The position numbers and the translations under genes were made by a program. From a virus (taxonomy: Duplodnaviria > Caudoviricetes): 25,588 nucleotides of DNA. The stretch lies in the IMG/VR virus record IMGVR_UViG_3300038809_000005, positions 1 through 25,588 of that record; one strand, written 5' to 3'. The first letter of the stretch is position 1. Each line of letters begins with the position of its first letter. The notes below the pieces were generated by a model that saw only the letters and a program-made list of their open reading frames with translations, had not been told where the DNA came from and did not search any database. Positions 8,165 to 16,005 of the stretch are shown here, in pieces.

Positions 8165-9015
8165 ATATGGTCAGCTATGCAGAGCAAATTTCTACGCTAG
8201 AGAATCAAATTGAAACTCTTAGCAAACAACCTGCAGAAATTAGCGGGACAACAGTCACCACGATGTCAGCCGTTTGCCCAGACCACGGAGAATTCCAGCA
8301 GGTCATAAGGACAATGAACGGACTCAACAACTTGCAAACGAAAACCGCTTGCCCAATTTGCCTGCAGCAGAAGCTTCAGTCGTTGAAGGAAAAACAAGCA
8401 GGGGAAGATGCCAGAGTAAAGCAGTCAAACATCAAACACCTCATGAGTGATTTACTTCTGCCAGACAGGTTTGCGGGTGCGACGTTGGATAACTACGAAC
8501 CCGTAAATCAGGAGGCTGAACGCTGCCTGAAGGTCTGTAAGGCCTACGCCACCAAATGGCCTGATCGCTTAAAGCAGGGCGGCGGCATGGTGTTGTGTGG
8601 TAAGCCCGGCACCGGCAAGAACCATCTGGCATTAGCCATTGCTAAGCATGTCATTCAGCAGCATCAGAACTCTGCGTTGTTCACTACCGCTTTGCGAGTT
8701 GCACGAAACTACAAGTCCACTTGGAGCAAGACCTCAGAGCAAACCGAGGCTGACGTTATCAAAACCTATACCAGCCCTGACCTGCTGATTATCGATGAGG
8801 TTGGCGTCCAGTTCGGGTCTGAGTCAGAAAAGCTGATCCTCTTCGAAATCATCAACACTCGCTACGAGAAAATGAAGCCGACCATCCTGATTAGCAACTT
8901 ACCGAAAGACGAGTTATCAGCGTTTATTGGTGAGCGTGTTATCGATCGCATGAACGATGGCGGCGGATGCACACTGGCGTTCACCTGGGACAGCTACCGG
9001 TCGAGGGCTGCATGA
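8161..9015 (+). CDS. DnaC/IstB-like AAA+ helicase loader
   Basis: Walker A GKPGTGKN, Walker B LLIIDEVG, N-terminal CPDHG...CPIC; ATGA overlap with the initiator. Confidence 0.92.
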   Translation: MNMVSYAEQISTLENQIETLSKQPAEISGTTVTTMSAVCPDHGEFQQVIRTMNGLNNLQTKTACPICLQQKLQSLKEKQAGEDARVKQSNIKHLMSDLLLPDRFAGATLDNYEPVNQEAERCLKVCKAYATKWPDRLKQGGGMVLCGKPGTGKNHLALAIAKHVIQQHQNSALFTTALRVARNYKSTWSKTSEQTEADVIKTYTSPDLLIIDEVGVQFGSESEKLILFEIINTRYEKMKPTILISNLPKDELSAFIGERVIDRMNDGGGCTLAFTWDSYRSRAA

Positions 9016-9209
9016 TGGTTAACGATGAAATTGAAAATGATATTTTCGTCACCTTCGGCCTAGAAGAAATGCTGGCATACCTGGTCACTGTGAGAGAGCA
9101 CGTTGCGATGATTCCTGATGGCGGACACCACAAGACTGTAGCTATTGGCACCATCAACTCACTGATGGATCAGCTAACTACCGTAGATGATGCGACCCAA
9201 CCACACTGA
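9012..9209 (+). CDS. hypothetical protein
   Basis: ATGA-coupled ORF with GAGG RBS. Confidence 0.55.
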   Translation: MMVNDEIENDIFVTFGLEEMLAYLVTVREHVAMIPDGGHHKTVAIGTINSLMDQLTTVDDATQPH

Positions 9210-9232
9210 CCTGCCACGCAAAGGAGATAACC

Positions 9233-9421
9233 ATGGATAACCCGATTGTTTTAACGCTATTAGCCATCGTCAGCATACCAACATACCTCGGATTGATGTC
9301 TTTTATCATGTGGGAAAATGGATTCCGGATTATGGGTATCGGTTGGATCGCAAGGCTTACCACGGTGATGGTAGTGGGTCTTTGGGTATGCATTGCCATC
9401 AAAAAATATTCAGGAGCCTAA
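9233..9421 (+). CDS. small two-helix membrane protein
   Basis: AAGGAG RBS; two hydrophobic stretches. Confidence 0.7.
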   Translation: MDNPIVLTLLAIVSIPTYLGLMSFIMWENGFRIMGIGWIARLTTVMVVGLWVCIAIKKYSGA

Positions 9422-9423
9422 CC

Positions 9424-9747
9424 ATGGATAAGCTACACGAAGAGAGCCGCGTACAGTTTGAAGCGTGGAGAAAAAAATTCATTGGGGTGATGGTTAACCT
9501 CGATAGAGATCATAAAACAGGACATTACGTGTGCATCGGTACATGGACAGCATGGGAAGCTTGGCAAGCTGCCCGAGCAGGCATCGTGGTTGAGCTTCCT
9601 GAACTATCCGGCAACCCAATGCACTTTATCGGTGATTGCAGAACGTCAAAAGCTGCAGCTTTCAGGCGCAAAAAGGCTCGCGATGCCGTCATAAATGAAT
9701 GTGCTGATGCCCTCCGCTCTATCGGCCTATCAATCAAAGGGGAGTAG
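9424..9747 (+). CDS. conserved nin-region hypothetical protein
   Basis: AGGAG RBS; SRVQFEAW...AWEAWQAARA...IVVELP motif. Confidence 0.75.
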   Translation: MDKLHEESRVQFEAWRKKFIGVMVNLDRDHKTGHYVCIGTWTAWEAWQAARAGIVVELPELSGNPMHFIGDCRTSKAAAFRRKKARDAVINECADALRSIGLSIKGE

Positions 9748-9751
9748 GGGA

Positions 9752-9949
9752 ATGAGCAAGAAAGCAAAAATCGACAAGAAGTTCGCCGAGGCTCTCACCG
9801 AACTGAATGGCATTGGCGAGTGCCCGGTAAATTACTGCTTAAGCTATGTCCGCGGCTTCATGCAGGCTAACGGAAAGGCAGAGTATCTGCACGAATGGGA
9901 CGATGCATGCATGCGCGTCGGTCTGGCCACGGGCGAGCAAATTCACTAA
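9752..9949 (+). CDS. hypothetical protein
   Basis: MSKKAKIDKKF...; fills the gap in the operon. Confidence 0.55.
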   Translation: MSKKAKIDKKFAEALTELNGIGECPVNYCLSYVRGFMQANGKAEYLHEWDDACMRVGLATGEQIH

Positions 9950-9958
9950 GGGCGAAAC

Positions 9959-10483
9959 ATGGACAAATGGTCAGAGATGTTCGCGTATAAAGATGGTGAT
10001 TTATATTGGCTGCCAAGACCCGCAGAGCAATTCAAAACAATTGGAGCCTTTAAGTCGTGGAATACGAAATATGCCAACAAAATTGCAGGCCATGACTGCC
10101 GCTTAGATGGGGCTACAACTGCATACACAATAATTAGATACAATGGCTTTAGGTATAGAGCACATAGAATAATATGGGAAATGCATAATGGCACAATACC
10201 AGATGGAATGCAGATTGATCATATTGATGGAAATGGATTAAACAACAGACTTGATAATATAAGGTTGGTAACCTGTTTGGATAACATGAGGAACAGGGCA
10301 AAGAGCAGCAGAAACACCTCTGGATATCTTGGCATATCATGGGTTTCTAAATCCAAAAAATGGCTGGTGCAGATTGGGAAGGAGCACGGTGGATTATTTG
10401 AATCCATTGATGAAGCAATTTTAAAAAGAAAGGAATTGGAAGCGCTTCACGGATACCACCCAAATCATGGTGTAAGAGGATAG
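9959..10483 (+). CDS. free-standing HNH endonuclease (HNH-1)
   Basis: AHRIIW...IDHIDGNGLNNRLDN...N plus NTSGYLGISW AP2-like tail. Confidence 0.92.
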   Translation: MDKWSEMFAYKDGDLYWLPRPAEQFKTIGAFKSWNTKYANKIAGHDCRLDGATTAYTIIRYNGFRYRAHRIIWEMHNGTIPDGMQIDHIDGNGLNNRLDNIRLVTCLDNMRNRAKSSRNTSGYLGISWVSKSKKWLVQIGKEHGGLFESIDEAILKRKELEALHGYHPNHGVRG

Positions 10484-10485
10484 CG

Positions 10486-10929
10486 ATGGAGAGAAAAATC
10501 TTCTTCCTAAGAAGCCCACAGATACGCCAGAACCTGAAAACCTTCATCGACAGCCTCCAGTTAAATCCAGACAAACCACTCGCAGTAACCATCCAAGAGC
10601 CAACCAGAAGCCTAGAGCAGAATTCGCGTTTATGGGCCACCTTGCGCGACATAAGCGAGCAGGTCGTTTGGTATGGGCGAAAGATGGACTCTGAAAGCTG
10701 GAAGCATGTGTTTACCGCGGCGCTGAAGAAGCAGGTAACGGTCCCTGGCATAGAAGGCGGTTTCGTCGTTCTGGGGCAATCAACAAGCAAGATGCGAGTA
10801 GGCGATATGCGCGACCTCATCGAGATTATCAACGCATTTGGTGCTGAGCATGGCGTCACGTTCAGCGATGAATCAAGGCTGGCTATCGAGTGGGCAGCTC
10901 GATACGGCGACAAGAAGCAGGTGGCGTAA
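10486..10929 (+). CDS. ninB: NinB/Orf recombination protein
   Basis: RSLEQNSRLWATLRDISEQVVW...GQSTSKM motifs. Confidence 0.92.
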   Translation: MERKIFFLRSPQIRQNLKTFIDSLQLNPDKPLAVTIQEPTRSLEQNSRLWATLRDISEQVVWYGRKMDSESWKHVFTAALKKQVTVPGIEGGFVVLGQSTSKMRVGDMRDLIEIINAFGAEHGVTFSDESRLAIEWAARYGDKKQVA

Positions 10930-11477
10930 TGAGCGACTACACGGGAAGCAACACCCAGGTTGAGATACGTGATCTATGGCGAACTCCGCTAGAACTGTAT
11001 GCGGCGTTGGATGCTGAGTTCAATTTTGTCGGCGATGTGGCTGCAAGTCATCTCAATCATCTTCATCCGGAGTTCCTGACTAAGGAGGACGACGCATTGT
11101 CAGCAGATTGGTTTGATTCTTTCGGTGCTGGCTATCTGTGGTGTAACCCACCATATAGCGACATCACTCCGTGGGTTAACAAGTCCATTGAAGCAGCGTT
11201 CAATGGTAATGGCGTGGTCATGCTGGTACCGGCAGACCCTTCCGTTGGATGGTTCAAACTTGCCAGAGAGCACGCAACAGAAATCAGGTTCATTACTGGC
11301 GGCCGCATATCGTTTGTAAGGGCAGATACCGGAGTATCGGTGAACGGAAATAACAAAGGATCGATGTTAATCATCTTCAACCACATGCGCCGCGGTGCCG
11401 GGCTGACAAGCTTTGTCGATCGGGATGGGCTCATGAACTATGGCGCGGCATCGATAAAGCTGGGGATCGCATCATGA
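10929..11477 (+). CDS. phage DNA N6-adenine methyltransferase
   Basis: WRTP, DVAA and WCNPPYS motifs; TAATG overlap with ninB. Confidence 0.9.
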   Translation: MSDYTGSNTQVEIRDLWRTPLELYAALDAEFNFVGDVAASHLNHLHPEFLTKEDDALSADWFDSFGAGYLWCNPPYSDITPWVNKSIEAAFNGNGVVMLVPADPSVGWFKLAREHATEIRFITGGRISFVRADTGVSVNGNNKGSMLIIFNHMRRGAGLTSFVDRDGLMNYGAASIKLGIAS

Positions 11478-11569
11478 CACTAGAAATTATCGCTGTGGTT
11501 GCCATGGCAGCAGCACTAATCCCGGCTGGCCTTCTCGGTTATATTTATTGGAGGGCAATCTATGGCTAG
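11474..11569 (+). CDS. small membrane protein (31 aa)
   Basis: MTLEIIAVVAMAAALIPAGLLGYIYWRAIYG; ATGA coupling. Confidence 0.5.
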   Translation: MTLEIIAVVAMAAALIPAGLLGYIYWRAIYG

Positions 11570-11735
11570 CAAATCCCCATGGGAGCGAATGGCCCAGAAG
11601 CTGATATTCAAATCAACAACCCGCACTCCCCGCAAGAAGAAGTTAACCCCAACCGAAATACCGACATTCAATTATACCGCGCCCCTGATAGACAGCATGT
11701 GGCTGCGTCGTCGCGCCCGGAGGAAGCCATGTTAA
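11562..11735 (+). CDS. ninE: NinE-like protein
   Basis: Hand-translated; ...PTFNYTAPLIDSMWLRRRARRK resembles lambda NinE (TFNYTAHLWDIRWLRRRAR); GGAGG RBS. Confidence 0.8.
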   Translation: MASKSPWERMAQKLIFKSTTRTPRKKKLTPTEIPTFNYTAPLIDSMWLRRRARRKPC

Positions 11736-11899
11736 TCACCGCAATCATACTGGCCTGCGCCTACTGCTTTGTAGCCGGTCAGTGCTACGAGTTTTACAGC
11801 AAAGGGTATCCACCGGTACCGGCCATAAAGAACCTGTTACTAAGTTTGGCGTGGCCCGGCAATGTCGTCGCGTTTCTACTGATGAGGTGCGTGCGATGA
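11729..11899 (+). CDS. small membrane protein
   Basis: GGAGG RBS; MLITAIILACAYCF...SLAWP. Confidence 0.6.
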   Translation: MLITAIILACAYCFVAGQCYEFYSKGYPPVPAIKNLLLSLAWPGNVVAFLLMRCVR

Positions 11900-12015
11900 T
11901 CTGCGCTGATTGTGGCAAGGAACTCCAGCCCGAAGAGGTTTATGTTTGCGAGTCCTGTGACCAGGAGCAACGCAAGTTCATCGACTCAGTGATGGGGGAG
12001 GATGACGATGGCTAA
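11896..12015 (+). CDS. NinF-like zinc-finger protein
   Basis: CADCGKELQPEEVYVCESC; directly before ninG. Confidence 0.7.
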   Translation: MICADCGKELQPEEVYVCESCDQEQRKFIDSVMGEDDDG

Positions 12016-12637
12016 GACACCGCGAAGGCGTTGCAAGATATGCCGAGAATGGTTCCATCCTCGCAGCTTCAACGAGTGGTGGTGCAGTCCAGAGCACGGA
12101 GCAGTGTTCGGCATGCAGGAAAGGGATAAACAGCGTCAGAAGGCCATACAGAAAGCAGAAGCGCAACGCAAAGAACAAACCCAAGCCGAAAGGCGCAGTC
12201 TCAAAATCCGCAAGATAGCCCTCAAGACAAAATCCGACTGGAACAAAGAAGCCCAAATAGCTGTTAACCGGTTCATCTACTGGCGCGACCATGGGAAACC
12301 ATGTATCGCCTGTGGCAGGCCGCTTAACTACGGAGTCCGCGGCGGGGCAGTTGATGCCAGTCATTATCGTTCAAGGGGCGCGGCACCACACTTGCGCTTC
12401 AACGTATTCAACAATCACGCTGGATGCGTCCATTGCAACCGAGACCTATCAGGAAACCTGATCCCATACCGAATAAACCTCATCGAGAAAATTAGCGCAT
12501 TCCGCGTTGAACGAATCGAGCACGACAACACCCCACGGAAATTCGATATCGCTTACCTGCAGCGGGTGAAATCAATATTCACACGCCGGGCGAAGCATTA
12601 CGAAAAACTCCGCAAGAGACAACTGGAGGCAGCCTAA
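12008..12637 (+). CDS. ninG: NinG/Rap junction endonuclease
   Basis: RRRCKICREWF, PCIACG, DASHYRSRGAAPHLRF, CVHCN. Confidence 0.93.
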   Translation: MAKTPRRRCKICREWFHPRSFNEWWCSPEHGAVFGMQERDKQRQKAIQKAEAQRKEQTQAERRSLKIRKIALKTKSDWNKEAQIAVNRFIYWRDHGKPCIACGRPLNYGVRGGAVDASHYRSRGAAPHLRFNVFNNHAGCVHCNRDLSGNLIPYRINLIEKISAFRVERIEHDNTPRKFDIAYLQRVKSIFTRRAKHYEKLRKRQLEAA

Positions 12638-12831
12638 TGTTCACCAATATTCCCGCGGCAATCGATGAGGCTAGATACCTGAAGGCCACAACTGGCCATT
12701 GCCATGCTGTCATCCAACGGCCTGGCGGAATAATGCACGTCATAAAGTGCCAACGCAGAGGCATACAGGCGCTATACACAACGAAGCAGGACAGATACGG
12801 AACGGTTAACACGGAAGAGGTGGCAGCATGA
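12637..12831 (+). CDS. hypothetical protein
   Basis: TAATG and ATGA coupling on both sides; GGAGG RBS. Confidence 0.65.
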   Translation: MFTNIPAAIDEARYLKATTGHCHAVIQRPGGIMHVIKCQRRGIQALYTTKQDRYGTVNTEEVAA

Positions 12832-13349
12832 AAACCAAAGAGCTGTCATTAACGGCAGAGCAGCATGATTGGTTAAATGGCTGGCTAGAGTTGTGGGGCG
12901 CGTGGGTTTATTCCGGTCGGCTGGAAAAGCGCATGAGCAACATGATAGCCAAGTTCATGGAGAGCGCCGAGCCAAGTAAATCGCCGAGTAGGCCTATGTG
13001 CAATGACGATGACGGAATGTTGATTTCTCAGGTCGTAGATTCCGTTATGTACATTGACCAAAAAGCCTATGGCATTTTACTTAGCTACTACGCTCATGGT
13101 TCTTCTAAGAGAGCCATTGCATCTTACTATCATGCGACTGCAAAACCTCGCAAGTTCTCATGCGGCAGGAAAGGGGAAGGCTGGCGACGGCCATCGATGG
13201 GAACATGTAGGAACGAGGTCGAGCAGATACTCAATGCAAGTCTCTTTATGTTGTACCAACCACTACAAAATGCATTCATCAGCCGCAAACGTGTCGCTAA
13301 AGTTTCACATGTTGGCGACAAGTGGCTTGACAAAGCTTTAGCCATTTAG
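12828..13349 (+). CDS. Q: late antiterminator Q, phage 21 type
   Basis: WLELWGAWVYSGRLEKR...RPMCNDDDGMLISQVVDSV motif; precedes pR' and the lysis genes. Confidence 0.9.
   Translation: MKTKELSLTAEQHDWLNGWLELWGAWVYSGRLEKRMSNMIAKFMESAEPSKSPSRPMCNDDDGMLISQVVDSVMYIDQKAYGILLSYYAHGSSKRAIASYYHATAKPRKFSCGRKGEGWRRPSMGTCRNEVEQILNASLFMLYQPLQNAFISRKRVAKVSHVGDKWLDKALAI
13121..13153 (-). promoter_or_regulatory. paQ-like CII-activated antisense promoter
   Basis: TTGC-GAGGTT-TTGC on the minus strand inside Q with TAAGAT 17 bp downstream of the N6. Confidence 0.65.
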
Positions 13350-13369
13350 CCATAATGTCATTATATGCT
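13327..13369 (+). promoter_or_regulatory. pR' late promoter with Q-binding element
   Basis: TTGACA-18-CATAAT with tandem TTTAGCCA-TTTAGCCA (13337-13352) between the hexamers, as expected for Q21-type direct-repeat sites. Confidence 0.8.
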
Positions 13370-13396
13370 GCTGTTTTTGCATTCAGCATTGACCAC

Positions 13397-13421
13397 AACC
13401 CGCCTCCGTGCGGGTTTTTTA
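13397..13421 (+). terminator. tR' terminator
   Basis: AACCCGC-CTCCGT-GCGGGTT then TTTT. Confidence 0.85.
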
Positions 13422-13456
13422 TTGCATTCGCGTGCAAATCAAATAATCCCAAGAGC

Positions 13457-13547
13457 CTTTAGTGATACAGCCTGAGATTTGAGTGGTGGCTTCATCGCGC
13501 CGTTCTTGGGCTGCTCACGTCTACGCGAACAGGCTCTATCACTAAAG
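13457..13547 (+). ncRNA. candidate P4 CI / P1 C4-like structured antisense RNA
   Basis: 17/18-bp outer stem (13457-13474 with 13530-13547), inner stem, 7-nt bulge and loop that are complementary to two upstream sites. Confidence 0.6.
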
Positions 13548-13555
13548 AGACTGCG

Positions 13556-14086
13556 ATGAATAAAGAAGAGTTGCTTACTTACGAAATTGCCATTCAAAAT
13601 CTTGCCTACGATAAAGACACCGGAGAATTCACTTGGAAGTGGAGGTCTGGTAACAGGTTAAAACTTCAAACTTGGAACTCCAGATTCGCAGGAATGCCTG
13701 CCGGTTGCCTTGATTCACGCGGCTATTTGGTGATTACAATAAATTACGTAATTTACCAGGGGCATAGGATTGCGTGGTTAATGACTAATGGGGCTTGGCC
13801 CTCTAAGATTATTGACCACATTAATGGTGTTCGTAACGACAATAGAATTTGCAATCTTCGAGAGGCTACGCACTCTCAAAATATGCAGAACAGGAAAGTG
13901 CAGGCAAATAATACTTCAGGGTATAGAGGTGTTACTTGGAGCAAAAAATACAAGAATTGGCGAGCAAGGATAAAAGTAGGCGGGAAGTGCATAAATATAG
14001 GTGCATATAGCAGTCCTGAATCAGCATCGGAAGCCTATGAAGCAGCGAGAATAAAGTATCACGACATCCCAATAATTAAACTTTAA
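13556..14086 (+). CDS. free-standing HNH-AP2 endonuclease (HNH-2)
   Basis: GHRIAW...IDHINGVRNDNRICNLREAT...NNTSGYRGVTW...WRARI. Confidence 0.93.
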   Translation: MNKEELLTYEIAIQNLAYDKDTGEFTWKWRSGNRLKLQTWNSRFAGMPAGCLDSRGYLVITINYVIYQGHRIAWLMTNGAWPSKIIDHINGVRNDNRICNLREATHSQNMQNRKVQANNTSGYRGVTWSKKYKNWRARIKVGGKCINIGAYSSPESASEAYEAARIKYHDIPIIKL

Positions 14087-14109
14087 GGCTGCCTCCGGGC
14101 GGCCTTTTT
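14085..14109 (+). terminator. terminator after HNH-2
   Basis: AAGGCTGCC-TCCG-GGCGGCCTT then TTT. Confidence 0.8.
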
Positions 14110-14232
14110 GCATTTCAGCCCCAGCCAACAGCGACACACTCCGGCAACCCCCATGTAGCCAAATCGTCTACGGCTGTGGGCTGAACCTTTCGACTACTGC
14201 GCACAGCCAACTAATCGTTGGAGGTGAGAGAT

Positions 14233-14433
14233 ATGCGTATGGACAAAATCAGAGAGTGGCTCAGCTACTGGTTTGGAGGGATAACTACGATGGGTGGCGT
14301 CCTCTCCCTGAATGACTGGGCAATCATCATCGGTATCGCGTGTACCGTTGGAACGTTCGGCGTCAATTGGTATTACAAACGCAAAGAGCGGGAGGATCGG
14401 CTAAATGGCAATGTCTCCGGCGCTAAGGAATAA
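14233..14433 (+). CDS. class II (pin)holin with dual start Met-Arg-Met
   Basis: MRMDK..., two TM segments, VNWYYKRKE motif; GGAGGTG RBS partly within a CCAAC/GTTGG hairpin. Confidence 0.88.
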   Translation: MRMDKIREWLSYWFGGITTMGGVLSLNDWAIIIGIACTVGTFGVNWYYKRKEREDRLNGNVSGAKE

Positions 14434-14899
14434 AATAGCTGCTGCTATCGGCGGTGGTGCAATAGTAATCGCGACAGCGATGTTGTCAGGTAAGAGCGGT
14501 TTAGAGGGGAGAGAATACACCCCATATCGCGATGTGGTCGGTGTACTCACTGTCTGCGATGGCCATACCGGAAGTGACATTATCCCAGGTAGGCATTACA
14601 GCGACAAAGAATGCGACGCGCTAACCCGTAAAGACTTAACCCGCATTGCTGCGCAGGTCGATAAGCAAATCAGGGTTCCAACCACTGAAACGCAACGCGC
14701 AGCCATCTATTCATTCTCATACAACGTTGGCGCTAAAGCATTCATCGATTCAACAATGCTGAAAAAGCTTAACGTTGGGGATTATGACGGGGCATGCTCT
14801 GAAATGCTTCGCTGGGTGTATGCCGGTGGCAAAAAGTGGAAAGGGCTCATGAATCGGCGGGATGCCGAGTATCAGGTTTGCTCATGGAGCCAGAAATGA
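14405..14899 (+). CDS. SAR endolysin (T4 lysozyme fold)
   Basis: Gly/Ala-rich N-terminal SAR segment; E-x8-D-x5-T catalytic triad (LEGREYTPYRDVVGVLTVCDGHT). Confidence 0.93.
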   Translation: MAMSPALRNKIAAAIGGGAIVIATAMLSGKSGLEGREYTPYRDVVGVLTVCDGHTGSDIIPGRHYSDKECDALTRKDLTRIAAQVDKQIRVPTTETQRAAIYSFSYNVGAKAFIDSTMLKKLNVGDYDGACSEMLRWVYAGGKKWKGLMNRRDAEYQVCSWSQK

Positions 14900-15345
14900 A
14901 CCGAGTAATCGCTGTGATTTCTGCGCTGCTAGTCGGGCTGTTAATTTTTCTGCTCTACAACAACCAATCACTGCGGCATGACAGGGAAGAGCTAAGCAAC
15001 GCCAACGCTAAGCTATCAGGACAGCTTGAGTGGCAGAACAAAACACAGAAAGCAGTTATGGCAATTGACGAAGCCCGCACGAAGGAATTGAACGATGCGA
15101 AAAATCAAATTGCTGGCCTGCAGCGTGATGTTGCCACTGGTGCTCGCAAGCTGCGTGTCGCCGCAACGTGCGAACCCTCCGCCACCTCCGGCATGGCTGA
15201 TGCTTCCGGGCCAAGACTTACTGACACCGCTACACGAAATTATTTCACCCTCAGAGAAAGAATTGCCACCTCTGACAAGCAAATAGCCGGGCTGCAGGAC
15301 TACATCCGCAACGTATGCCTAGCCCCTACAAGGAATAACCAATGA
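14896..15345 (+). CDS. Rz i-spanin
   Basis: N-terminal TM, coiled coil, NYFTLRERI...GLQDYIR. Confidence 0.9.
   Translation: MNRVIAVISALLVGLLIFLLYNNQSLRHDREELSNANAKLSGQLEWQNKTQKAVMAIDEARTKELNDAKNQIAGLQRDVATGARKLRVAATCEPSATSGMADASGPRLTDTATRNYFTLRERIATSDKQIAGLQDYIRNVCLAPTRNNQ
15095..15286 (+). CDS. Rz1 o-spanin lipoprotein (embedded in Rz)
   Basis: Lipobox LASC and proline-rich PPPPPAWLM, in a shifted frame within Rz. Confidence 0.88.
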   Translation: MRKIKLLACSVMLPLVLASCVSPQRANPPPPPAWLMLPGQDLLTPLHEIISPSEKELPPLTSK

Positions 15346-15707
15346 CCGAACAGACCATTGAACAAGAAATTCAGGATGCTGGAAAAACCGCACCTCGCGT
15401 CACCCCAGCACGAATCGATAGCATCATCGTCGGCGAGCACTACTTCACTGCCGCCGACGGCGTACAGGGTGATTACGCCAAAAAAGCAGAGCGTTACAGC
15501 CCGATTCCGGTGCCTGAATCCCTCTGCTTGTTGACGTTTTGCGTGCTGGAACTGGCCAACGGATTCACCGTAACCGGTGAATCAGCCTGCGCCTCCCCGG
15601 AAAACTTCAACCCAGAGATCGGCCGCAAAATCGCCAGAGAGAATGCGCGCAATAAAATCCGGCAACTGGAAGGTTATCTGCTCAAGCAGCAGTTGCACGA
15701 CGCCTAA
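15342..15707 (+). CDS. N4 gp49/Sf6 gp66-family protein
   Basis: LTFCVLELANGFTVTGESACASPENFNPEIGRKIA motif. Confidence 0.85.
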   Translation: MTEQTIEQEIQDAGKTAPRVTPARIDSIIVGEHYFTAADGVQGDYAKKAERYSPIPVPESLCLLTFCVLELANGFTVTGESACASPENFNPEIGRKIARENARNKIRQLEGYLLKQQLHDA

Positions 15708-15711
15708 CGCG

Positions 15712-15748
15712 CATTACAGAAGCTCTTCATTGAGGGGCTTCGATAATG
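15712..15748 (+). repeat. intergenic hairpin element, copy A
   Basis: CATTA-CA-GAAGCTCTTC-ATT-GAGGGGCTTC-GA-TAATG. Confidence 0.7.
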
Positions 15749-15772
15749 ACCACCAATCGTGAGGACTCACCC

Positions 15773-15997
15773 ATGGCAGAACTAACAGACCAGCAGAAGG
15801 TGCGACTCAGCATCCTGACGTTGGTGCAAAACGACACTGCAGCAGCTCAAGAGGCAATTGATTTCATCGCTGATGATGTCCTAAAGCTTGAGTTGTTTAA
15901 TCGTCAATATGTACTGGTACAGGCTGAGCCAACACCAGTGACACGTACCGTAAAAGCTATCCAAGGCGTGAAAGACGCTTTGCTGCTCTTTCAGTGA
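15773..15997 (+). CDS. DUF2560-like protein
   Basis: AAAQEAIDFIADDVLKLELF resembles P22-like ORFs upstream of the terminase; GAGGA RBS. Confidence 0.7.
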   Translation: MAELTDQQKVRLSILTLVQNDTAAAQEAIDFIADDVLKLELFNRQYVLVQAEPTPVTRTVKAIQGVKDALLLFQ

Positions 15998-16005
15998 GGT
16001 AATGC

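Noticed and set aside
10593-10629. CCAAGAGC and TTCGCGT in ninB (similarly CCCAAGAA/TTCGCG at about 16659-16695) as further targets of the C4-like RNA
   Set aside because: The elements are in the reverse order to the cis target, and in ninB they fall in or beside a conserved protein motif; treated as chance.
12637-12831. NinH assignment
   Set aside because: Position fits but the sequence lacks the Fis-like HTH pattern I recall for NinH.
13435-13481. CAAATC/GATTTG pairing suggesting a multi-pseudoknot ribozyme
   Set aside because: Only 6 bp, competes with the longer inner stem, and no known ribozyme core consensus was recognised.
13350-14232. tRNA genes after Q, as in some lambdoid phages
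   Set aside because: No cloverleaf with a TTCGA T-loop and acceptor stem could be built.
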